A stretch of DNA of 64,000 bases from a virus: positions 24,326 through 88,325 of the IMG/VR virus record IMGVR_UViG_3300019763_000006; one strand, given 5' to 3'. The first letter of the stretch is position 1. Every line of letters starts with the position of its first letter. Under the pieces are notes generated by a model. That model saw nothing but the letters and a program-made list of their open reading frames with translations. It did not search any database and was not told where the DNA came from. A program made the translations under genes and the position numbers. This document shows, piece after piece, positions 19,211 to 30,496 of this stretch.

Positions 19211-19690
19211 ATGAAAATATTAAAAAAAAATAAGTCAAAAGGTATTAAAGTAAATAAAAATATTAGCACTTCTAAGAAATATTGTTTTATTAATGATATG
19301 ATAGAATCAATGGATGGTAAATTTAATTCAGTAATGTTTAAAATACATTATGATATTAATTTATTATTATTTTATGCAAATATAGATATATATGAAGAAT
19401 TAAAAGAAGATGAATTATTATTAGATAAATATGAAGAATATTTAGACATTATTCAAAATATTAAGAAAAAGATAGATAAAAAAGATTTAATTTTATTAAA
19501 TGAATTATTAGAAAAACAAGTTGATTTTAATTTTAGTTATAAAAATTTAATTTCAAAAGTTTTAAAATTTACAGAAATAGGAAATGTAAAAGAGATTGTA
19601 AAAGATTTGAAAGATTTAGATTTTTCAAATATTGAGAAGGTAAATAAAATTAAGGAATTTGTTAATAAACCAACAAGTGTAAAAAAATAA
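19211..19690 (+). CDS. Tail assembly chaperone (putative)
   Basis: 159 aa, helical, two genes before the tape measure. Confidence 0.45.
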   Translation: MKILKKNKSKGIKVNKNISTSKKYCFINDMIESMDGKFNSVMFKIHYDINLLLFYANIDIYEELKEDELLLDKYEEYLDIIQNIKKKIDKKDLILLNELLEKQVDFNFSYKNLISKVLKFTEIGNVKEIVKDLKDLDFSNIEKVNKIKEFVNKPTSVKK

Positions 19691-20151
19691 TGGCTACAGT
19701 TGAACAAGTAATGAAACAAAAAATCAGAATGTTGCAAAAGGATTTAGAAGATATTGCAAGACATGATATACCCAACTTAGTTGACAATGAGTTGAGAAAT
19801 GCTATAGATGATACAGTATATAGTGTTCCAGAGAGTGATTATTATGATAGAACTTATGGATTAAGAAATTCTGTAATAGCAAAAACGAATAAAATTAATA
19901 ACAGCTCTTATGAAATCACTGGGTTTGTAGATGCGAATCAGATGTCATATGAACCATATACAGAACATTCAAGTTGGGTTACTGGGTATGATATGAGGGA
20001 TTTAATAGATTATTGGATGAATTATGGGCATCATGGAATAGTGGATTATACCCCTGCATATTTCATTCAATTGGCTCAAAAAAATGTTGATATGAAAGTT
20101 AAGAAGTTAATAAATTTTAAAATGTCAAAGAAAGGCTATAATATAAAGTAG
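19690..20151 (+). CDS. Tail completion/neck protein (HK97 gp10-like, putative)
   Basis: YDRTYGLRNS motif, typical of the RTGxLxxS family. Confidence 0.55.
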   Translation: MATVEQVMKQKIRMLQKDLEDIARHDIPNLVDNELRNAIDDTVYSVPESDYYDRTYGLRNSVIAKTNKINNSSYEITGFVDANQMSYEPYTEHSSWVTGYDMRDLIDYWMNYGHHGIVDYTPAYFIQLAQKNVDMKVKKLINFKMSKKGYNIK

Positions 20152-20162
20152 CCTTTCTTTTT
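20128..20162 (+). terminator. Terminator-like hairpin before the tape measure gene
   Basis: aagaaaggcta...tagcctttctt plus T-run. Confidence 0.55.
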
Positions 20163-20191
20163 ATATGTAGAAAAAGGTAGGTGATTGTATT

Positions 20192-23100
20192 TTGGCTGAT
20201 GAAAAGATAGATGTTAAAGTCAAACTTGGACTTGATAGTACATCGGAACAACAGGTAAAAAAAGATGTTTCAAGAGTTACAAAAGAATTAGAAAATCAAG
20301 TTAATTATGAAAAACAAAGAAAACAAGTAATTAACAATATCGCAAAAGAATTGAACACTACATCTTCAATCATAGAAAAATCTTTAAAATTAACAGAAAG
20401 AGAAAGAAAAGAACACGAAAAGGTTTTACAATTATCAAAAAAAAATGAAATATCTGAAAAGAAGCAATTAGAAGATTTAGAGTTAAAAATAAGATTATTT
20501 AAAGAGTTACAAACTAGAAATATTACCTCTTTACAATCAGGTAATTTAAAAGGATTATATGATAAAAGTGCTTTAGATTCTTTTCAAAAATCTTTATCTG
20601 AATTAAGTATAAATACTCCAGATTTAGAAAAGAAAATGAAATTATTAGGTTCTGAATTTAAAAATATAAAAAATGGAGCTCAAAATAGTTCAAAAGCCAT
20701 ATCAGTTGCTAGTAAAGAAACTGCTTCGTTTGCAACTGGTATTAAAGATGCTGCAATTAAATTTGGATTATGGTCTGCGGTAACTGTTGCTTATTATGGA
20801 GCTATAAGAGCAATAGGCGAAGGTATAGATACTATTAGAGAATTAGATACCGCTCTGGTTGAATTAAAAAAAGTTACTGATGAGACAGATGTTACTTATC
20901 AAAAATTTACTGATACTGCATTTCAAATGGCAGAAGCGACAGGAAGTTCTGGTGTAGATGCTATTAAGGCAACAAGTGCATTTGCTAGAATGAATTTTAC
21001 ATTAGAAGAGTCTATTAAATTAGGCGAAAAGGCTTTAATTTTACAAAATATTGGTGATGGTATAAATACCATAGAAGAAGCAACGACAAGTTTGGTTGCA
21101 ATAATGAAAGGATTTGAGCTTCAAGCAAAAGATTCTGAACATGTTATAGATGGATTGAATGAAGTATCAAATAGATTTGCGGTAAATACAAGTCAATTAT
21201 CAAATGGTTTAATGAGAATATCTGCAACATCTAATCAATCTAATAATAGTTTAGATGAAACGATTGGTTTAATGACTGGTGCGGTTGAAATCTTACAAAA
21301 TTGGGAGAAGGCATCTTCTGGAATAAATGTTTTAACGCAAAGGATTAGAGGGGTAAGTGAAGAAGGAGAAAATCTACTCCCAACACTACAGAAAACATTT
21401 GATAGTTTGAAATTAATTAGTGGGGAAACAGTTAGAATACCTATAGAAGACGCTAATGGAGATTTAAGAAGTACTTATGAAATTTTGCAAGATTTAAGTA
21501 AAATATACCCAAATTTAGAATCTAAAACAAAACAATATGTAGGCTCTTTAGTTGCTGGAAAAAGACAAATTACAGTATTAGAAGCAATATTGCAAAATTT
21601 TGAGAATGTAGAAAAAGCGACCCAAGCAAGCATAGACTCAGCTGGAAGTGCTAGAGTAGAACAAGAGAAGTATTTAGATAGTATCGAAGGTAAAATGAAA
21701 ATTTTAGATAAAACAACACAAGAATTTTGGAGTCATTTTATTAGTTCTGATACTGTAAAAAGTACTATAGAAGCTTTTACTAAATTTATTGAAATATTTG
21801 ATAGATTAACACAATCAATTGGAGAAACAAATACGGTTTTATTGGCATTAACATTAGCAATATTAATTTTTAAAAAAGAAGCTTTGATAGGTGGTATAAA
21901 GGCTTTATATAATTTTTCTTTAAATTTATTAGGTATTGCAACAAGTGCAGAGATTGCGGCTGGGGCTGTAAATGGATTTAATTTATCTGCTAGTGGATTA
22001 ACATTTGGTTTAAGTTTATTAATACCAATGATATTACAAATAATAGATTCTAATAAAAAATTAGAAACAAGTTTGCAAGACACGAATACAGAAATTGAAA
22101 AACAAATAGATAATTTTGATAATTTAACAGAGAAAGAAAAAGAATTATTAGAATTAAGATTAAGAAATAAATTAATTGATGAGGGTTACAGTAATAAGTC
22201 AGATGTTGAAAAAAGAATTGATGATATCAACCAGGAGTTAATAAGATTTGAAAAAATATCACAAAAGTTTAGCAAGATTGGAGAAACAGGTAAAGAGTCA
22301 GAATATAATCGTAGGATTGAAAATAGACAAAAAGAGTTAGATAAACTCCATGAAATAATGAAAACTTTTGAATTATTAGAAAAAGTGGAGATGCATGAAT
22401 CTAATAAATTAACTAATGCTTACACTAATCAAAGAGATGCTTTAAATTCTTTAAAAGATAAAGTTAGTGATACATCAGATGAGATAGAAGAACTTACAGA
22501 CAAAGAAAAAGAACATCAAGAAATGATGCAATTCTCTATAGAACAATTAGATACTCTTGCTCAAAAATACCCTGAATATTCTGAAAAAGTTATAGAATAT
22601 CAAATTAAAGAAACTGAAGCTGTAATTATTGAAGCTCAAAAAAGATTAAGTGCAATGGAAATTGAGTCTTCTGCTATAGATAGAGTTATGCAAAAATACT
22701 ATGGCATGAAAGGTGTTGCGGACGATGCTACTCTTAATATGAGTAGGGCGATTTTGAATACAATAAATAGTGGTACATTTAAAGACGTTATTGATACTAG
22801 TGCATTAGATGGGGCAAAAAAAGATTTACAAGATTTACTAGACCTTCAAGAAAAATATTTTGGTAAAGACAAAAAATCATCATCTAAAACTAAAGAAGCA
22901 ACTGCATACTATAAAGAGCTTGCAAAAATTGCTGAAATAGAGAATAAAATTGCTATTTTAAAGACGAAGCAATCTTTGACTGATAATGAGCGTGAAAAGA
23001 TAAAATTAATCAGACAACAAGTTGAAGAAACTAAAAATCTACAAGAGGCACAACATGTGTTAAATGAAGCTAGAAGAAGAGATTTAGCTAATCTTAAAGT

Positions 23101-26100
23101 GGGTAGCGAGGAATATACTAAACTTGAAAAGTCTATAGAGTCTACTTCTGGTGCATGGTGGACAGCTCAAAAGGCTATTCAAGATTATAATAAAGAAATT
23201 GATAATTTAATTAAAGAAATTAGAGATGATATAAAAGAAACAGATAAAGAATTAGCAAAAATCATTGAAGAACGTAGAATTGAAAATTTTAATAATCAAA
23301 TCAAAATTACTGTTGAAAATATTAAAGATTTTGCGGATGAATTAAATAATGCTAGTAAATATGCTGATAATTTATTAAGTGTGGGAGATTTAGAAGGTGG
23401 TTTTGAGGCGTTAACAAAACAATTAAATTCTCAATTACAAGTCACAAACGAATTAAATAGAGAATACGCTACACTACAAACTTTAATACAACAAGCACAA
23501 TCTTCAGAAGAAAAATCAAAACTAGCAGATAATATGGAAAAAGTTAGTGATTCTATCACTACTGCACAATTAAATGCACAAAAATTAGTAACAGAAATTG
23601 GAAAATTAAAAATTGATGTTATTTCAAAACATTTTGGAGATATTACTTCTGAAATTGAAGAACAAATTAATTTATTAGATTCTCAATTAGTACCACTTAT
23701 GGAAGGGTTTTTAAGTGGATTAGATATTGATTTAGGTGAAAATTTTATTGGAAATCAATTAGATTTTGGTGGATTACAAGATGCATTTAAAAATATTTTT
23801 GACAATGAAAAAAATAGAATTGAAGAAATAAATAGTTTAAGAAGAGAAGCTAATAGTCAAGAAATTAGCGAAACTAAAGCTAGTTATAATAAAGAAATAC
23901 AAGATTTAATGAATCACAGGGCGGATTTAGAACGTAGATTAATGTTATCTTATGGAGCAGAAGAAAACTTAGCTACTCAACACTATCAAAAAATGTTGGA
24001 CTTTGTTGTACAATTCGCAAATGGTAGTGAAGAAGCTTTACAATCAATGTTGTCTGCGACTGGGAATTTAGGTGGTTCGGTATCTAGTGGTAATTATAGT
24101 TCTGCAAATCAAAATGTTTTAAATGATTATTACCAAAGATTCCCAAATAGTTTAATTCCTCCAGAAATTATTTTACAAGCAAATACTAATTCTATGCAAC
24201 CAAAAGGCATGCAATTAAATGTCCCATCTCAATTAAAAAGCACAAGTTCTGACATTAATGATTACATGGATGAAACTGGGGCAGTAATATTTGAAAAAAT
24301 AATGGAATTAGTTGAAAAACATGGTATAGACGATAAATTTTACGAAAAAATATTTGGATATTCTGGAACTGAAACTAATCCTTTTGTAGATTTTGATGAT
24401 GATGCTTTAGAAGGCGATTTTTATGCAATAGCTAAAAATATTCAATCTTATCTAGTTAATTCTACATCTAAAAATCTCGAAGAAACAATTAATAATTGGA
24501 TAGATAATATATTCAAAACAAATCTATTTACAGGTGTGAGTCATAATAGATTAGATAAAGATTATCTTGTAAAAAGGCTTTTTGGGGAAAGAGTGGATAA
24601 AGGGACTGGTGGAGAAGTATTAGAAAGTAAAGGCTTGTCTGCTGTTCAAGGTAAATTAGCAAGTGAATATGGTTTTAGTGTAGAATCTGCTAAAAATTTA
24701 TTGGGTACTGATTTTAGAGAAATTGAAGATGTTGGAGATTTATTAAGGAATTTTACTGCATGGACAAAATCAATACAAGACTTATCTATTGATGAGCGTG
24801 TGGCGGAATTAAATTTAGCAAAACAAACTACAGGTGAGATTGTAAACGAAATGCAACAACTACAGATGAATTTGCCTAAATTTGAATTTGATTTTGACAT
24901 GAAAGAATATCAATCCAATATTAAAGATATTCAAGATGGATTACAAAATACATTTGAAGAAATCAGAGTATCTGGAAAATCAGTCGAAGAACAATTATTA
25001 GCTATTAATGAAGTGAGTAAAAATGCAAGTATTAAAATATCTGAACAACAAATTGAACTAAATCAAGCATTAATAAATAGTCAAAATGAATATATTAAAG
25101 CTCTTGAAGAAGAATATTTAGCAAATGAAGATAATGCCGAATTACAGGCAATTATTCAATCTAAATTAAATGATGCTTATAATCAAAGATTATCTTATGA
25201 ACAACAATTAAGGAATTCAATTAAACAGAGATATGAAACTGAATTTAAGTTTATGGATAAAGAATTAAGTATGATAGAAAGTACAAATTCTTTAAGGGAA
25301 AAAGAATTAAAACTTGCAGAGTTACGAGGGGAAACAGCTGATTTAGATAGTAATACTTTAGCGAATGAAAAAGAAAAACAAAATCTTTTAAAAGAGAATG
25401 TTGAAACTTTAGAGAGCCAAATGGCACAATTAGAAGTAGGTTCTTTTGAGTGGAATTTATTAAATGAACAATTATTAAAATATAAAAATTCTTTATTGGA
25501 TTCAGAAATTGCTGTAGAAGAAATTAATAATAAATTAAAAGAACAAGAAATAGACAGAATTAATGATGAATTAGATGAAGAATTAAGAATATATAAAGAA
25601 CTAAAAAATGCTCAAATTAAAAGACTAGAAGCAATGAAAAAAGGTAATACTGAAGCTGATAAAGAAGCTGAATTTATTGAAAAAATAGCAGATGCGGAGC
25701 AAAAGGTTTTAAATATTCGTGAAAAATTAGCTAATTTAAGAAAAGAAAGAAATATTAAAGTATTTACAGGTAAAGGTTTTGAATTTCAAGCAAATCAAAA
25801 AGAAATTAAAAATACTACTCTTGAATTGCAAGAAGCAAATAAAGATTTGTCGGAAAGTAGAAAAGAATTTGACACGTATAAATTTAATAGAGATATTGAT
25901 TTAAGAATTCAAGCTATAGAAAAAGAAATTCAAAAAGAAGAGAATAATGTTCTAGCTCTTAAAAAACTAGCAGAAGTGGGAAAAATTACTAATGATATGT
26001 ATAAAGAAGGGGCGGAAATTATTACAGGAAATCTAGTGCCTGCTAATGAACTTTTGATTGATACATTAGAATTAACTGGACAAAAATTATTAGATAATAT

Positions 26101-26335
26101 TGAGAAATTTAAAGATATGGAGAATATCTTTGGTAGAATCGGTAATTTATCTGATATATCAATAAGCAATAGTCCAGCAGTAATACCAATTCCTAGTAGA
26201 ATTGGTGGAAGTGAAGGGATGTATAAAGGTGATAATATTGTTATTAAAAATATTGATGTTAAGCATCCTAATGCAGATTTTAATGATGTTATCAAAGAAG
26301 TTCATAATAAAGTAACAATTTATAAACATAAATAA
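20192..26335 (+). CDS. Tail tape measure protein
   Basis: 2047 aa; TP901-like core (ELDTALVELKKVTD, IDGLNEVSNRFAV, LRSTYEIL); hydrophobic segment followed by long coiled coils. Confidence 0.92.
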   Translation: MADEKIDVKVKLGLDSTSEQQVKKDVSRVTKELENQVNYEKQRKQVINNIAKELNTTSSIIEKSLKLTERERKEHEKVLQLSKKNEISEKKQLEDLELKIRLFKELQTRNITSLQSGNLKGLYDKSALDSFQKSLSELSINTPDLEKKMKLLGSEFKNIKNGAQNSSKAISVASKETASFATGIKDAAIKFGLWSAVTVAYYGAIRAIGEGIDTIRELDTALVELKKVTDETDVTYQKFTDTAFQMAEATGSSGVDAIKATSAFARMNFTLEESIKLGEKALILQNIGDGINTIEEATTSLVAIMKGFELQAKDSEHVIDGLNEVSNRFAVNTSQLSNGLMRISATSNQSNNSLDETIGLMTGAVEILQNWEKASSGINVLTQRIRGVSEEGENLLPTLQKTFDSLKLISGETVRIPIEDANGDLRSTYEILQDLSKIYPNLESKTKQYVGSLVAGKRQITVLEAILQNFENVEKATQASIDSAGSARVEQEKYLDSIEGKMKILDKTTQEFWSHFISSDTVKSTIEAFTKFIEIFDRLTQSIGETNTVLLALTLAILIFKKEALIGGIKALYNFSLNLLGIATSAEIAAGAVNGFNLSASGLTFGLSLLIPMILQIIDSNKKLETSLQDTNTEIEKQIDNFDNLTEKEKELLELRLRNKLIDEGYSNKSDVEKRIDDINQELIRFEKISQKFSKIGETGKESEYNRRIENRQKELDKLHEIMKTFELLEKVEMHESNKLTNAYTNQRDALNSLKDKVSDTSDEIEELTDKEKEHQEMMQFSIEQLDTLAQKYPEYSEKVIEYQIKETEAVIIEAQKRLSAMEIESSAIDRVMQKYYGMKGVADDATLNMSRAILNTINSGTFKDVIDTSALDGAKKDLQDLLDLQEKYFGKDKKSSSKTKEATAYYKELAKIAEIENKIAILKTKQSLTDNEREKIKLIRQQVEETKNLQEAQHVLNEARRRDLANLKVGSEEYTKLEKSIESTSGAWWTAQKAIQDYNKEIDNLIKEIRDDIKETDKELAKIIEERRIENFNNQIKITVENIKDFADELNNASKYADNLLSVGDLEGGFEALTKQLNSQLQVTNELNREYATLQTLIQQAQSSEEKSKLADNMEKVSDSITTAQLNAQKLVTEIGKLKIDVISKHFGDITSEIEEQINLLDSQLVPLMEGFLSGLDIDLGENFIGNQLDFGGLQDAFKNIFDNEKNRIEEINSLRREANSQEISETKASYNKEIQDLMNHRADLERRLMLSYGAEENLATQHYQKMLDFVVQFANGSEEALQSMLSATGNLGGSVSSGNYSSANQNVLNDYYQRFPNSLIPPEIILQANTNSMQPKGMQLNVPSQLKSTSSDINDYMDETGAVIFEKIMELVEKHGIDDKFYEKIFGYSGTETNPFVDFDDDALEGDFYAIAKNIQSYLVNSTSKNLEETINNWIDNIFKTNLFTGVSHNRLDKDYLVKRLFGERVDKGTGGEVLESKGLSAVQGKLASEYGFSVESAKNLLGTDFREIEDVGDLLRNFTAWTKSIQDLSIDERVAELNLAKQTTGEIVNEMQQLQMNLPKFEFDFDMKEYQSNIKDIQDGLQNTFEEIRVSGKSVEEQLLAINEVSKNASIKISEQQIELNQALINSQNEYIKALEEEYLANEDNAELQAIIQSKLNDAYNQRLSYEQQLRNSIKQRYETEFKFMDKELSMIESTNSLREKELKLAELRGETADLDSNTLANEKEKQNLLKENVETLESQMAQLEVGSFEWNLLNEQLLKYKNSLLDSEIAVEEINNKLKEQEIDRINDELDEELRIYKELKNAQIKRLEAMKKGNTEADKEAEFIEKIADAEQKVLNIREKLANLRKERNIKVFTGKGFEFQANQKEIKNTTLELQEANKDLSESRKEFDTYKFNRDIDLRIQAIEKEIQKEENNVLALKKLAEVGKITNDMYKEGAEIITGNLVPANELLIDTLELTGQKLLDNIEKFKDMENIFGRIGNLSDISISNSPAVIPIPSRIGGSEGMYKGDNIVIKNIDVKHPNADFNDVIKEVHNKVTIYKHK

Positions 26336-26339
26336 TATA

Positions 26340-26378
26340 AGGGTTGTTGTTTGAATTTATTTTGAGCAACAACTCTAT
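26340..26378 (+). terminator. Hairpin after the tape measure gene
   Basis: gggttgttgttt...gagcaacaactc. Confidence 0.5.
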
Positions 26379-26401
26379 AAAAATAAAGGTGGTGAAATAT
26401 T

Positions 26402-28363
26402 TTGGCTACAATTTATGGAGCAAGAGATTTATCTCCTGAAGGGGTTTTAGATACAACACAAGACATAACATTAAAATGGGTTGCAAACGGAAGTCCACAG
26501 ACAGATTTCCAATTAATAATTAGAAGAGTTGATAATAATACAATTGTGTATGATAGCACAAAAATTACTTCGGCAGTTAGTCAACACATTGTAACTAGCG
26601 GAACTTTATCTACAAATATAGCTTTAAAATGGATGGTTACAACATGGAATGGTAGTGATAGTGCAGATAGTTCTTTTATATCTATTATATTAAATAATAA
26701 ACCTACAATTACATTATCTAATATTATAGAAGGACAAACTTTGACTACTCAAGATTATGAGTTCACTTCAACATATAGTCAACTCGAAGGTAGTACTATA
26801 AAATTTTTTGGATACAGGTTATTTGATAATAATGGTAATTTAATCGAAGATACTGGACAATTATTTCCATTTGATTATCCAAATTCTAAATATACTTTTA
26901 AAAATATGGTAAATGGAGAGAGTTTTAAAGTACAATCTTATGTAGCGGCGCAAAATAATTTAAGTAATGAGAGTGCCATTGTCGGATTTAATATATCTTA
27001 TACTAATCCAGATACAACAGCAGAAGTTATTGCAACAGCAAATAATAGTGAGGGAATAATTACGATAGATTATGCAGATATTAAACAAGTTTTAGGTACG
27101 GTAAGCGGTACTTTTAGTTACCAACCTGCAAAATTTAATAATGGGGTTGATTTAGATAGCGGAGCTTATTTAGAATATACTGAACCAATTAACCAAGATG
27201 ATTTTACATTAACATGGTATCAGAAAATATCTCATGATTACGATGGTAAAATACTTGAAATCCAAGATGATACAGGAACTATTGAATTTGGATATGGGAG
27301 AAATATTAATAACGAAGGAGTATTTTATTTTATAGATAGCGAAGGGAATAGACAAGAAACAAATTATGTAACACCATTTGAAACAAATGATTTTTTAAAT
27401 GACCCAATTGGAAATTTTTTAACTCAAACTATTTTTAATATGGATAGTAATAATATTGGAAATTTTATGTTTGTGCAACTAACTAAAGATAGAGCTTTTA
27501 TTCGCTTAGATAGTCCAACCGAAAGTATTGTGATTAATGAGGTTATTGATTTAAAACCTACAAGTGAGCATGATTCATTAAGATTGTATGGAGATAGTTT
27601 AGTAGACCATTTGCATGTTTATACAAAACAATTTACTGAAACAGAAATGTTGAATCAAGATGTGAATACAATTACAAATTGGGGTGTAAATACTGATTAT
27701 AGGGCTACTTTAGATAATACTTTAGGCGCAGGGAATGTAATTATAGGAATTCCAATTATTGGATGGAGGATTAGAAGAAGAGTAGTAGGTGAAACTACTG
27801 GTGTATTAATTGCTGACAATTTACCAAAAACACAGTTGCAATTTTTAGATACTATAGCTACTAATAATACAAGTTATATTTATACAGTTTCAGCTATAAC
27901 ATCAAGTGGAGAAGGATTAGGGGTAGATAGTAATAGTATTTCATTAGATTTTTGGGGTTGGATTTTAACAGATGGGATAGAAAGTTATCATTTTTTTGCT
28001 GATAATAGTACTTCTGAAATTTCAGTAAATAAAAAATCTTATATATACGAAACTTATACAGATTATCCAATCGTATCTCATTCAGTAGGTAAAGGGCAGA
28101 GAATGTCTATTACTACAAAACCATTTGAATGTGTTAATAATAATTTAGTCTTAGATTTAGCTAGATATAATAATATTAAAAATTTTATAAATAATAATAA
28201 ACCTAAAATATTAAAAGATTCTACAGGAGATATTATGATGGTAGAAACTTTAAATATAAATAAAAAATTTATGGACATTATAGGAGTACAACCTTATGAT
28301 ATTAGTTTTGATATTATACAGACAGGAGATGAGGGTGCATGGCTAACGCTACAAGCAACTTAG
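26402..28363 (+). CDS. Distal tail/baseplate protein with FN3-like domains
   Basis: Follows the tape measure; FN3-like motif FLDT...SYIYTVSAI; Dit-like C-terminus (KPKILKDSTGD). Confidence 0.65.
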   Translation: MATIYGARDLSPEGVLDTTQDITLKWVANGSPQTDFQLIIRRVDNNTIVYDSTKITSAVSQHIVTSGTLSTNIALKWMVTTWNGSDSADSSFISIILNNKPTITLSNIIEGQTLTTQDYEFTSTYSQLEGSTIKFFGYRLFDNNGNLIEDTGQLFPFDYPNSKYTFKNMVNGESFKVQSYVAAQNNLSNESAIVGFNISYTNPDTTAEVIATANNSEGIITIDYADIKQVLGTVSGTFSYQPAKFNNGVDLDSGAYLEYTEPINQDDFTLTWYQKISHDYDGKILEIQDDTGTIEFGYGRNINNEGVFYFIDSEGNRQETNYVTPFETNDFLNDPIGNFLTQTIFNMDSNNIGNFMFVQLTKDRAFIRLDSPTESIVINEVIDLKPTSEHDSLRLYGDSLVDHLHVYTKQFTETEMLNQDVNTITNWGVNTDYRATLDNTLGAGNVIIGIPIIGWRIRRRVVGETTGVLIADNLPKTQLQFLDTIATNNTSYIYTVSAITSSGEGLGVDSNSISLDFWGWILTDGIESYHFFADNSTSEISVNKKSYIYETYTDYPIVSHSVGKGQRMSITTKPFECVNNNLVLDLARYNNIKNFINNNKPKILKDSTGDIMMVETLNINKKFMDIIGVQPYDISFDIIQTGDEGAWLTLQAT

Positions 28364-29505
28364 TATTATATAGAAATGCATTAAAAGCAAAAAATAGATT
28401 TCCTATTGCTCAAATAGAATGGACAGATGAAAATTCTAATGTTATAAGACAAGTCATTGGAGATGTAATAAGTGGAAATATTTCAATGTCATATAAAAAT
28501 GGTATTAGAAGGACTATTAATCTAACTCTTCAAAATATTACAGGAGATTATATCCCAAAAGGAAGATATGGATTAATTTGGTATAATAATGGATTTAAAC
28601 TTAGAACAGGATTAAGAATTGACGGGACGGATTATTTTGTTAATCAAGGTGTTTACGTTTTAGGTAATCCAACATTAGAACATGATTTTGCAAATAATAC
28701 AATTTCTTTTACAGCCTATGATAAATTTGCTACACTAGACGGAACAACAAATGGTGCTTTAATAGATATTTACTCTTTTCCTGTAGGTTCAAATTTTTCA
28801 ACATTAATTAGACAAATATTTTTAGATGCTGGAATAACCACTCCTGTAAATATTAATCCTTATTTTGATAGCGTTACAACTCCTTACACTATTACTGTAG
28901 ATTGGAATAGCACATATGGTACAATGTTAGTAGATAAATTATGTACTCCATTTTCACAAATGGTTTATTTTGATAGAAATGGGATACCTACTTTGAATAA
29001 TCCAGTTTTACAAAATTCAGCTCCTGTGGTATGGGATTTTCGTGCAAATAAAAAAGATGAAACTTTATATATTAAAGGAAAAGTAACTTATGATTTTGCA
29101 GGCACTTATAATTATGTAAAAGTAATAGGAGATACTGAAAACGGAGATACTTTCATAGGAATAGCACAAGATGATGACCCACTATCAGATACTTATGTTA
29201 ATAATATTGGGTTAAAACCTATGCCAGTATTAAGAGATGAAAATATTTACAATAATAATTTAGCAAATTTAAGAGCTACACATGAATTAAATAAAGCTAA
29301 ACAAACATATAAAACTATTGTAATAGAATGTGTGCCAATTGATTTACTACAAGAAGGAGATATAATCACAGTTACAGATGAAAAATTAGATTTGGATAAT
29401 GAACGTTGTATTATAAATCAAATAGATTCTCCTTTAACACACGACGGAATTATGACAATCAATTGTACTGCTACTAGAAATAATGTAGATATAGTTTTAT
29501 TATAA
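28339..29505 (+). CDS. Baseplate hub/tail tip protein
   Basis: IRRTINLTL, YNYVKVIG and LLQEGDIITV motifs; synteny. Confidence 0.65.
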   Translation: MANATSNLVLYRNALKAKNRFPIAQIEWTDENSNVIRQVIGDVISGNISMSYKNGIRRTINLTLQNITGDYIPKGRYGLIWYNNGFKLRTGLRIDGTDYFVNQGVYVLGNPTLEHDFANNTISFTAYDKFATLDGTTNGALIDIYSFPVGSNFSTLIRQIFLDAGITTPVNINPYFDSVTTPYTITVDWNSTYGTMLVDKLCTPFSQMVYFDRNGIPTLNNPVLQNSAPVVWDFRANKKDETLYIKGKVTYDFAGTYNYVKVIGDTENGDTFIGIAQDDDPLSDTYVNNIGLKPMPVLRDENIYNNNLANLRATHELNKAKQTYKTIVIECVPIDLLQEGDIITVTDEKLDLDNERCIINQIDSPLTHDGIMTINCTATRNNVDIVLL

Positions 29506-29521
29506 AATGAGGTGATGATAT

Positions 29522-29794
29522 ATGCCAAAATCAATCGCTACAGAGCTTGTGAATTCATTAGTCGAATCTATGAAAGAATCAACTAATAATGTAATTAGTA
29601 ATGCTATAAAAACAGAATATAGAAAAGCGGAAGTAACCGCTGTAAGTGGAAGTGTCGCAAGTATAAAATTCGATACAAATATTTTAACGAATGTAACTAT
29701 TTTACAAGGAGTATCAATAGTGGTAGGAGATAAAGTAAATGTTGTAATTACAAATGGTAATTTAGATAGATGTGAAATAAATAGAAAATTATAG
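29522..29794 (+). CDS. Small tail tip/spike-like protein
   Basis: 90 aa; OB-like AEVTAV...VGDKVNV. Confidence 0.5.
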   Translation: MPKSIATELVNSLVESMKESTNNVISNAIKTEYRKAEVTAVSGSVASIKFDTNILTNVTILQGVSIVVGDKVNVVITNGNLDRCEINRKL

Positions 29795-29816
29795 TTAATG
29801 AAAGGAGTGACATATA

Positions 29817-30482
29817 TTGGCAACAACAAATTATAATCTTGATAAATATAATGCAAGTGATGTTCATAGTTTGATTATCTCTAAACAGCAAGATAATATG
29901 GATAAAATAGATACTCAAATGAAGGTAAATGCAGATGCAGTTGTGACTGAAGCAAGTCTTAGACAAGATGGAGATAATACATTACAAAATGGATTAGATT
30001 CAACAAATGCAACAGTAGCAGCTTTATCTGGTTCAATAGTTGGGGGTACTACTGAAATTAGATATAATGTATTTACAATCGTACATGCGGATAATGGTGA
30101 TAATACTTTCACATATAAAGATACAAATGATGTAGAGTATACAAAACCATTATCAGTAGAAGGATACCAGAACTTTGATTTGATAGATGGTGTAGAATAT
30201 GAAGTTAATAATAATAGAATAGAAGCTATTATTAATGATACCTTAATTAGAAGCAAAGCTAGTGGTGGACTAGATGAGGTTTCTAGTACTCGTATTGCAT
30301 TAACAATTCCAGAAACAGATGGAACTGAAATAACTTTTAAAGTTTTTGTAAAATTAGGTTTGATTGGACAACATGGTATAACACATGAAGTAGATGGGGT
30401 AGATGAAGTTGAAGGTTTGGCTTATGTGAGCGAAACTCGTCCAGTTAATAATAAAGCTGTTTGGTTTAAAATTATACCTTAG
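29817..30482 (+). CDS. Tail fibre/baseplate upper protein
   Basis: MATTNYNL...NMDKID attachment motif; C-terminal VWFKI. Confidence 0.6.
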   Translation: MATTNYNLDKYNASDVHSLIISKQQDNMDKIDTQMKVNADAVVTEASLRQDGDNTLQNGLDSTNATVAALSGSIVGGTTEIRYNVFTIVHADNGDNTFTYKDTNDVEYTKPLSVEGYQNFDLIDGVEYEVNNNRIEAIINDTLIRSKASGGLDEVSSTRIALTIPETDGTEITFKVFVKLGLIGQHGITHEVDGVDEVEGLAYVSETRPVNNKAVWFKIIP

Positions 30483-30496
30483 GAGATGATTTTTAA

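Noticed and set aside
19211-20151. Programmed frameshift in the tail chaperone
   Set aside because: No convincing slippery site with an extended alternate frame; the next gene has its own coupled ATG
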